A stretch of 63,776 nucleotides of DNA, counting the filler, from Candidatus Ancaeobacter aquaticus (GTDB lineage: Bacteria > Auribacterota > Ancaeobacteria > Ancaeobacterales > Ancaeobacteraceae), in NCBI GenBank assembly GCA_030765405.1. It is 5 parts of 5 records of this genome, joined end to end, with 100 filler letters (N's around TTAATTAATTAA, not from the genome) between each part and the next. Parts side by side here need not be neighbours in the genome. Positions count along the whole stretch, not along the records: positions 52,060 to 60,673 come from JAVCCP010000071.1; positions 60,774 to 63,776 come from JAVCCP010000073.1; 3 more parts are not named here. The stretch is one strand, 5' to 3'. Below are positions 58,101 to 63,776 of the stretch, piece after piece; the stretch's first letter is position 1, and every line of letters starts with the position of its first letter. The notes below the pieces were generated by a model. That model saw only the letters and a list, made by a program, of their open reading frames with translations. It was not told the DNA's origin and made no database searches. Made by a program: the position numbers and the translations under genes.

Positions 58101-58930
58101 ATGAAACAACTAAACGGGCGGGAGTAGAGCTCAAAACATGGAAAAACCTTGCCATAGCGAATAAAATGCCACAAGAGGAACTTGATGCCTTTTTCGAAAA
58201 CATAGAAATTAATCGAGAAATCATTCCCTTATCAAAACTTATTCCCACACAAAATATTATTTTTAGCGATGAGATAGAAGTAAGAAAAGACGAATTAAAG
58301 ATCGGCATCATGGCGCCAATACTTGCCATACGATATGGCCCTAATTCTAAAGAAACATATATTGTCGACGAACACGGACATTACCGATCATATCTTGCGT
58401 ATAAAGAAGGCCACAAAGAGATTGAAGCGCTCGTCATTGTACTGCCATCAACGATAGACAATCTGCCTCCAGCCCTCGAATCTATGTCTAAAATACAAGA
58501 AGTAATCAAAACAGGGAATCTAAAAACCATTGCGGATATAGAAGTCAAAAAAGGATCAACTGAACTCTCACTTTTTGAGGGATATGAAAAGAAAGAAGAA
58601 AAACCGAAAAAATTTATAGTTGATATAAATGAAAATCTTATTCCTCTCTTTATTGCCCGTGAATATCCGGGAGCAAAAAGAGTTCCGTCCACAACAACGC
58701 TTCTCCATTTAATTTCAAGTAATGAGTATACCTATTTATTTACAACAAGGCCTTCTATACCGCCATTTGTTTTCAACGAAGACCAAATCAAACAAACAGC
58801 AGAATTTAGTAAGAATTTTGAGTATTTTATATACAATAAATCGATCATTATCATTCCAAAAGATCTCATCACAAAAGCAATATCAAACGACTTGAATAAT
58901 ATAACTTCTCTCACCAGCGAATCACCATAA
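52196..58930 (+). CDS. 2244-aa chimera: LAPxSxF + 3x novel module + GT9 + PEP synthase/PPDK-like + second PEP-utiliser barrel + ParB/Srx-like (5' end probably cut by IS)
   Basis: LAPQSSF; GT9 RGDYVV...IGPDTFSSHAA; PpsA motifs TPRGF, AGQ, GGTTSHASIVSRE, GMMIETP, SFGTNDLTQ, FCGQ; NPLIGFRG; IVDEHGHYR. Confidence 0.8.
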   Translation: MNTSPLEIETLAPQSSFSDKDAVKIKSEQLRNIVKLTTNMLEDLAQGEDPKKVIRKYKNSPYWQDSFEDMIYMENSVYNGDYAEETLLIPTGIDTFVKITKDNQVIINTAEARDTLTETLIYFSEISYPNVFDVESIDALFKYNPVYDFIRRMHSNLLKGASLKAVMKKYAEEPGWKEEFEDMIFCDNTLYIPNPTQKAEYIVTKRNKQNVFHKSKVRGNIHSFFKGPIPPKINNILNKYDDFITFAKKIYNDFDAGMPHYMIKQKYSNNPLWYKKYIEYLKYINGTLYIPYKESALSYVKINAQGTTIINSSADEKEIDENQFTHSHTIKYPLRMLPRDKIKKILLYTDDDWYRGDYVVQTMIIRSLLKMFPHAQIEVINKYPSLWEGFERVALLPKKTDYTKKEFDLVIDLKANGHRLYNAPNVIHIDKMRNSFVYTDNIKNESIPIKGAPIYSFGINDEDMDIFNQKDEPEATMGNSYRFYSRLAETFGGGEIGDIKSILSVSKQEKNTMLDLLKKSGITNPEKKYIIILNPFSRMEKKELSAKTWIMIIQRLQTIIPPNGVIIVEQGYTDNHKEKIDTIKHEIFKTKNLDKDRVKLLISPDSEHKQLSLRKLIVLISVCDMLIGPDTFSSHAANAFEKDTITVYTKKLREYFRPLEFNGISPNSVFIELTPDEQVFPADIIDENELEFMAAAFKSFGLIKDRKFNAFFTKNKIPKKTIENLNFYFERLFESVSEKKYDEALKLWQDFALLNNKDFRHLVSRIREPYRTLFTEEINMLPHYIVRKDPANPGIAGYLLASNLYKFVSQINAYLGFRILLKQRVKKRLDKYIMSQNELGKEDTDIVGIKGAYISELNKIDNVNTPRGFIVSKTAFKTFMQHNKSLAQSIRNTLHTLDCKNLSKVITAATQIKKRICEAPLPKILDQIITDSYINLCKDLDHPDNALPVAVRNSLISEKLPPSSLAGQMHTDLNVIGIDAVKESIKESWASLFTARNILQRIDVGLDPMDAESSIIIQQMINSKISGTGFNFDLASGWHEPKSGVVSFDVSYGLGESIVKGLTNPDRFLLHYNSETQSWNIVAKSPGAKKIVIVPNGEGTKSTATAPSHKEKFAITDIRSKNIAETLSRISQYFGNDMKIEFAIDSEDRLWITDAFPETIANQPSYIVNLKKKTVPMDAAREAQIITQGIRGYGAHTGTAVVINVDQIESEIINKIGKPVKEMNEEEETLYESLRLQKLTRELKKIKRGNILVTKMTSPNMILALRNAGGIVADLGGTTSHASIVSRERDIPTVIGTQNATQVIRTGDLITVDANTGKVYKGKLPVIIEGEDIDTRKLPKTKTKVGLIITTPNKARKIAALQYANCHYGMSLVRGEFILGEIGIHPEILEAYDFFTRAVNQGITDYRSKTFNSLVKNKEMRKYVLKIRDNNALRNHITNMITGYPSGKAFYVQKVSQAIAAIAATTLPEQRVIYRITDYKTNEFQKLIGGNVIEGEEANPAMGKRGLARMLDMKNHSTFAWEMEAIKKARDMGYYNIAIMFPLVRRPSNLEEGIKQLERHGLKRGQKNLKVGMMIETPANVFQIDEFLDKGLDFVSFGTNDLTQFMLGCERDNKKLERLFNESAPSIIKSILYVAAICKKRGVETGFCGQMIANNPDTAIMIAPFLDSVGVTPDAYFQTVQNIADFEKIISKKKSTSAQSDSYTIPKNVGYPETVSIYEISGNRLFLKRIEKHPLSFTDREKEAFIDLVKDRIIQLSPTAGKNDTLVYSVTDLPVNAYLSLENSKLFETHEENPLIGFRGMTRHLANKNNEALFRLELQGVKKARNKGYNVGILLKMVRTLEELDQALAIIKEEGLDDAPIGFDISVSANLIMIHEILQRKIDFVTVNKTSLAQNLLASEIADDRFLKKDLHSEKVKKSELAELLLTALVKNPESLIQYLKIENALINPLKIVSTACETHKTKMGYLYNETTKRAGVELKTWKNLAIANKMPQEELDAFFENIEINREIIPLSKLIPTQNIIFSDEIEVRKDELKIGIMAPILAIRYGPNSKETYIVDEHGHYRSYLAYKEGHKEIEALVIVLPSTIDNLPPALESMSKIQEVIKTGNLKTIADIEVKKGSTELSLFEGYEKKEEKPKKFIVDINENLIPLFIAREYPGAKRVPSTTTLLHLISSNEYTYLFTTRPSIPPFVFNEDQIKQTAEFSKNFEYFIYNKSIIIIPKDLITKAISNDLNNITSLTSESP

Positions 58931-59015
58931 ACTCAAGGAAGAATCAACAAATACAACAGCTATCTCACCCTAATACACTCATTTACTATCTAATAATACT
59001 TATTGCAATTTATAC

Positions 59016-59068
59016 CCACCTACGCGGTGGAATTGGGTTGTTATAAAGCTTTTTCACTGCGGCGGTGG
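59016..59068. repeat. Inverted pair of REP-like units
   Basis: CCACCTACGCGGTGG (59016-59030) and CACTGCGGCGGTGG (59055-59068) between convergent genes. Confidence 0.7.
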
Positions 59069-59119
59069 AGTTTTAACTAAAGCGATGGATCGTAAACGGG
59101 TATGAGTGCTATGCAAAGG

Positions 59120-59554
59120 TTATTCTTTTATATCAATATTATTGATGCCGGTTTTTTCAAATTCATCATAATATTTTTTAGAAAACGCCGCTTCTTCATC
59201 TAGCCGCTTTTCAAAATCCATTGCTTCTACTTTTTCCTTACCATACATGTTCACCATGTCACGTTCAGCAAGCCGCGTTGCAAGTTCTTCCCAAAAAATA
59301 TTATTATCATATTCGAGAATAAACTTGTGGTTTTGCTCTTCAAACTCACTTGAAGGTAAATATCTTTTCTCTTTCTCATCATACTGCACACATTCATCTA
59401 ACCCCTCCTTTTTTGCCTCCGAGAGTAGATGACTAAAACATTCGTCAAAATCAGTAAAAGCGTTTTCTATGGCCGGAGCGTCAAGCATCCACATCCCCAA
59501 ATACGCCATTCTTAAAATCTTATCTAATTGCTCCTTGGTTATTTGCATTGCCAT
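59120..59554 (-). CDS. Conserved-looking hypothetical acidic protein
   Basis: 144-aa ORF with a plausible start; FWEELATRLAERD; no family assigned. Confidence 0.6.
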   Translation of the reverse strand: MAMQITKEQLDKILRMAYLGMWMLDAPAIENAFTDFDECFSHLLSEAKKEGLDECVQYDEKEKRYLPSSEFEEQNHKFILEYDNNIFWEELATRLAERDMVNMYGKEKVEAMDFEKRLDEEAAFSKKYYDEFEKTGINNIDIKE

Positions 59555-59569
59555 AATATGCCCTTTCTT

Positions 59570-60673
59570 TCATTGTGGCTTTAAATCGATTACTTTACTT
59601 CTCAATGTACGTGCAATATCAGTATATATATCATCCTCTTTTATCCCCGCTCTGTCCACTAATTCTTTAGGCTCTACCGGTTTTCCAAATATAACTTTTA
59701 TCCTGTGAGGAGTTGTTTTTTCTGCTGTTCTCGGCCACGACTCAAATGCCCCATCAATATATACCGGCACAACCTGTACATTTGTTTCTTTCAGCACAAT
59801 GCCTATCCCTTTCTTGAATTGTTTCACCTTACCATCTATTGACCTTTCACCTTCAGGAAATATTGAAAGGATTTTCCCATTTTTCAGTACATAATTTGAT
59901 ATTTTTAACGCATTAACCAATTCACCCGCCGCATCAATCTGAATTACCCTCATCGCTTTCATAAGGTACTTAAGATATCCGCGCTCGAATATTTCCCTAT
60001 ATCCCAGAAAATACGTTTCTTTTATATATCTATATCCTAAAGCTTGCATTATGGCGAGACCATCAAGATAACTGGTATGGTTCGCACAAAGTACAAAAGG
60101 GCCCTTCCCGGGAAGATTTTCTTTTCCTTCTACAGTAAAACCACACCGCACTTTAAAAAAATATCCATAAATACACTGTGCCCCAATCGTTATTATTTTA
60201 GATATAATAGAAGGCTCTAACTCAATCTTCTTAAGAACCGCATCTGGCGGCAATACCTCCAATACTTTCTCCCACAAAGTCTTCGACTCATTCATTTTAA
60301 TACATGTAACGTGTGGCGATAACAACTGCAGTTTTACAACCAAATCTTTTACTGTATACACATCAGAAAGAAAATCATCTGGAAGCTCATAGTGCAACAA
60401 CTGTGATAAATCGCTTATTATCTCAACACGCGAAAGGGAATCTATCCCAAGATCAAGCTCTAAGTGCTCAAATAGCGTAACTTTTCTTTTACATCGTTTA
60501 CTGAGATATTTCAGTAAAACACCGGTAATAGATAATGCATAGAGCTCTTTATCTGCATCTGATAACTGTTCTTCGCCGCCCACATCTTTTTCCTGAGATA
60601 ATTGTTTTACATACGCATCTTTCACCTCGTATCTTTTTAGTTTTCCAAGGCGTGTTTTAGATAATTCTTGGTC
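59570..60673 (-). CDS. 3' part of an AMP-binding/ACP/acyltransferase (Aas-like) multidomain protein, truncated by the gap
   Basis: Frame open to the gap (LSKTRLGKLKR); ACP DLGIDSL; PlsC NHTSYLD, IFPEGERS. Confidence 0.88.
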   Translation of the reverse strand, partial: DQELSKTRLGKLKRYEVKDAYVKQLSQEKDVGGEEQLSDADKELYALSITGVLLKYLSKRCKRKVTLFEHLELDLGIDSLSRVEIISDLSQLLHYELPDDFLSDVYTVKDLVVKLQLLSPHVTCIKMNESKTLWEKVLEVLPPDAVLKKIELEPSIISKIITIGAQCIYGYFFKVRCGFTVEGKENLPGKGPFVLCANHTSYLDGLAIMQALGYRYIKETYFLGYREIFERGYLKYLMKAMRVIQIDAAGELVNALKISNYVLKNGKILSIFPEGERSIDGKVKQFKKGIGIVLKETNVQVVPVYIDGAFESWPRTAEKTTPHRIKVIFGKPVEPKELVDRAGIKEDDIYTDIARTLRSKVIDLKPQ

Positions 60674-60773
60674 NNNNNNNNNNNNNNNNNNNNNNNNNNN
60701 NNNNNNNNNNNNNNNNNTTAATTAATTAANNNNNNNNNNNNNNNNNNNNNNNNNNNNNNNNNNNNNNNNNNNN

Positions 60774-61195
60774 AATCGATCTTTTTCTTGTTGTAAAAAT
60801 AAAGGAGTTCTTGTGACACCTTTTCGGCAAGTATGTCAGCTTGGTGTTTGTGAAATTTCACTCTGATATTGCGCCAGTTAAAAGCAGGAATATGTTTAGA
60901 TACTTTTCGCACCCTATCAAGAACATACGCAGTGTAAATATCGATCACAAGGACAGCATCGACACGCAAACATGCCTTGTATGCCAACACAAGTCTATCG
61001 ATATTCTGCGATGAACAGCACAGAAACGTAAGCCTTCAGAGACCCCCACCTGTAAAATTGCTTCTTCGCTACACGGTAATGCTGTGCACCACAATTAAGA
61101 GCATCAAGCCATGCATCTAACTTGTTTTCAAAGTTAGTATCGTTATTTTTCCAAAGATTTTTTGTATTATTTAAAAGGTTTATTAAATTTTCCAA
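60774..61195 (-). pseudogene. Two short consecutive ORFs, probably a broken hypothetical gene
   Basis: 66-aa and gap-truncated ORFs 4 nt apart in different frames, directly after the RloC-like gene. Confidence 0.3.
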
Positions 61196-61216
61196 AATAT
61201 CCAGTGCGGTGTTTAG

Positions 61217-63388
61217 TTATGGGTTTTTCATCATCTCTTCATAATGTTCTTTATATCCACTTTCCTTAAATACCAAACCGAGAGCTTCCTTAAAGTGATC
61301 GTAATTGAATTCTTTATAATCAAAAATATTCTGTCCAAGCGAATGGGACTCACGGTTTATATATCTGTAAAATGCTTGATACTTATTATTCTGCAATTCA
61401 GGCTTTTGAAAAACATTGTTTAAGTCTTTTTTTTCAATAAAGTTGAAAAAATATTCAATAATATTTCTCATACAATTTGCGACAACTGCTGGGGGCTGTT
61501 TATCATCCTTTACTATCTGCCAATAAGAATGATAGTCATTCTGAATCTCCTCATATTTCATATTTAGAATTTGACTGCCATTAAAATTTTTTAGCAGTCT
61601 AAATAGCTTTTGGTCTTTTTTTCGGCGTTCATGATTTATATCAGTCAACTCATAGAAAAAATATAGACTGTGTGTTAGCACAAATACCTGTTCGTATTTA
61701 TCTGAGTATAGGAACTCATTTTTTATCAACAGTCCGATATTGAATATATAGATATGTGACAAGCTCGAAATTGGGTCATCAATCACAATTATTTTCTTTT
61801 GGCCTACATCAGAAGCATTTTTCTTTCCTTTGCATAGTTCAAGAAAATACAAAAAACTGATTATCATCTTTTCACCCTCACTAAGAGTTTGAAAAGTATC
61901 GGAATCCTGTTCGTCTCTAACTATTGCATACAGATTATCGGAATGCTTTTTTATTTTAAAATCATCTATACCTAATTCTGTTAAACCGCTATTAATTGAA
62001 ACAATTGCCTCTTCAATATTGACTGTAGTTTCTTGTTGCTCACATATAATCTGCTTTTGTGTTACAATTCGTTTCTCAAGATTCTCTATAATTTTTGTGA
62101 TATTATTAGATTTTTTATGAGCCTCATCTGTTTCTTTTTTATAGGCAGAAAGCGTCTGGTCATAGTCCCAACGCAAAATATTCCAAAATGTTTTTTTTAT
62201 TTGATTTAAAACCTCTTCCTTATTATCAATTCGTTGGTTGTGCTTGCAAACTTTTTGGTTGGCATTGTTAATGAATTGATTCAGGTTTTTAATCACTTTT
62301 GATGAATCTACAAAAGTTACCTGCTGACTTGGGGTTTTAAGCTTTTCCTCAATCTTTCTTTTGTTGTCATCCAAAACTTTTAATGCTTGGTTATATTTAC
62401 TTTGGAATTCTGTTTTACTTTCACTTAAAAACGGGTTGGATTCATATGTTTCTCTTGATTGAATAGAATTGATTGCAGTTTCATAGTCATAAGAAAGTTT
62501 TTTTAGTTCTTTAATGTCATTTTCATAAGACTCGCCAAAATAGTCTTTAATATTATTTGAAACATTCTGTGTAATAGTCTTTTCTTGGCAAAAAGGGCAA
62601 GGTTCACCGTCTTTAGAAATATCAGCTGGCAAATACTCTAATCCTTGTTTTACCCAGTCTGAATTATCGAGTTTGTTTATTAATTCTGCTACAGTACTGT
62701 TTACATTTCCAACGATTTCTTTTTGAAATAATGTTTCATTCTCAATCTTATGTCCCGTAAATGTAATAGTAGTAATGGTGTTACACCGTTCTGCATTTTC
62801 AGCCTGCAAGGGTTCAACTTCTTTTTTCAGTTCATCAGTAGTTTTATCTGGCTTACTTTCTGGTTTAACAAGACCAGAGATATGGCAAAAAAGTGTTTCC
62901 TTTTTACCTTTTAGACCTTCAAGGCAAAACTCCAGAACCCTGTCACCTCCAGTATATGTAGTCTTTATTTCCCAGACCTTGTTCTCAGCACTCTGTGTTC
63001 TCTGTGACAGTTCGCTATTAATCGTGTTAATATCTTTAGTCTTGCTGGCTTTCTCTTCACTAATAGCTGTTATTTTATTCTGAGCATTTCTAATCGTTTC
63101 TTCAGCTACTTTATTTTCTTTTGATAAAGTGAAAATGCCTTTCAAATTATCTGATTCGTAAAAATGATCCTGAATAAACCTTTGGTTATATACCAGAATT
63201 TCCTCATTGTTTAATCCTTCAATAGAGCATTTTGAAAATGCTACACCATCTTTGTCGTATAAAAAGTTTGAGAGGATGCTTTTACCTGTTCCGTTAAGCC
63301 CATAGACAAGATTGACCTTTTTGTCAGTCGCTAAAGCTGTGAGGATTTTGTAACTTGCAACATCACTTAATTCAATCTTGGTAATCAC
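61217..63388 (-). CDS. AAA_13 / RloC-like ABC-ATPase with zinc hook and C-terminal HEPN (anticodon nuclease-like)
   Basis: GLNGTGKS, coiled coil with CPFC, LSEGEK, VIDDPISSL, LTH, MRNIIE and RYINRESH. Confidence 0.85.
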   Translation of the reverse strand: MITKIELSDVASYKILTALATDKKVNLVYGLNGTGKSILSNFLYDKDGVAFSKCSIEGLNNEEILVYNQRFIQDHFYESDNLKGIFTLSKENKVAEETIRNAQNKITAISEEKASKTKDINTINSELSQRTQSAENKVWEIKTTYTGGDRVLEFCLEGLKGKKETLFCHISGLVKPESKPDKTTDELKKEVEPLQAENAERCNTITTITFTGHKIENETLFQKEIVGNVNSTVAELINKLDNSDWVKQGLEYLPADISKDGEPCPFCQEKTITQNVSNNIKDYFGESYENDIKELKKLSYDYETAINSIQSRETYESNPFLSESKTEFQSKYNQALKVLDDNKRKIEEKLKTPSQQVTFVDSSKVIKNLNQFINNANQKVCKHNQRIDNKEEVLNQIKKTFWNILRWDYDQTLSAYKKETDEAHKKSNNITKIIENLEKRIVTQKQIICEQQETTVNIEEAIVSINSGLTELGIDDFKIKKHSDNLYAIVRDEQDSDTFQTLSEGEKMIISFLYFLELCKGKKNASDVGQKKIIVIDDPISSLSHIYIFNIGLLIKNEFLYSDKYEQVFVLTHSLYFFYELTDINHERRKKDQKLFRLLKNFNGSQILNMKYEEIQNDYHSYWQIVKDDKQPPAVVANCMRNIIEYFFNFIEKKDLNNVFQKPELQNNKYQAFYRYINRESHSLGQNIFDYKEFNYDHFKEALGLVFKESGYKEHYEEMMKNP

Positions 63389-63631
63389 GACTCTCCCTCT
63401 ATCAATTTCCTTATACAGAACATATTATTATATAGACTTCCATGGTATACGAATATTTCATCATGTATCACAACTATGTCTTATTATTCTCATAAAGAAT
63501 CCTTTACAAAATGGATAATATCCCTTAATGCACGGCAAACATCATATTATACAGAGTTCTAGGCAAAAGGAAAGCCACATATCTTTATGAGTACAAGAGA
63601 GTGAATTGAGGATAAACAAAGGCAAGATTAG

Positions 63632-63775
63632 CTAGCTAAATGCTTTTATGAACTTAGAGTATTTAGAGGGGTAAATATTTTTACCCCTCAACTGTAAAAG
63701 ACGATAACTCCTGTCCCTAGTATCAAACTCCCATAAACCTGCTTCAGTAGCTATACGATAACAAAACCATGGATG
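63632..63775 (-). CDS. Possible 3' end of an upstream ORF cut by the window edge
   Basis: Open frame HPWFCYRIATEAGLWEFDTRDRSYRLLQLRGKNIYPSKYSKFIKAFS*. Confidence 0.3.
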   Translation of the reverse strand, partial: HPWFCYRIATEAGLWEFDTRDRSYRLLQLRGKNIYPSKYSKFIKAFS

Positions 63776-63776
63776 C

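Noticed and set aside
63666..63689. Perfect hairpin GAGGGGTAAA-TATT-TTTACCCCTC
   Set aside because: Single copy, inside a possible ORF end and without a clear U-tract; cannot be assigned as a terminator or operator.

Overview
This window is a scaffold of five contigs (1-13152, 13253-37098, 37199-51959, 52060-60673, 60774-63776) joined by artificial 100-nt N spacers that contain a TTAATTAATTAA six-frame stop linker, so adjacency across gaps is unproven. It comes from an AT-rich diderm bacterium. The gene order and the large secreted multidomain proteins suggest a PVC/Omnitrophota-like lineage (inference). Contig 1: lexA with a palindromic operator, a subtilase whose prodomain is a separate gene and which carries a ~400-aa AAKKAAEE helical repeat, a 974-aa secreted protein, and a DGC/HEAT/PilZ cluster. 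Contig 2: a long housekeeping operon (lysS-lolE-lolD-ilvE-mcsAB-clpC-mlaEFD-radA-ispDF-gltX-cysS-tmk-holB-yaaT-metG-tatD) and a signal-peptide GT9 protein. Contig 3: a NikR-controlled porin plus nikMNQO operon with two operators, partner-switching genes, a CPA2-EIIA antiporter, histidine decarboxylase plus an ACT protein, and an atypical DAACS transporter plus SBP. Contig 4: a 2244-aa GT9-PEP synthase-ParB-like chimera. Contig 5: an RloC-like anticodon nuclease. Best candidate for an undescribed system: three unlinked proteins (974, 663, 2244 aa) share an LAPxSxF motif followed by a ~60-70-aa module. In two of them the module precedes normally cytoplasmic enzyme domains, and the third puts a TIKI/ChaN-like putative metalloprotease domain in front of the motif. 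This suggests an exported effector and processing family. No rRNA, tRNA or CRISPR array was seen.
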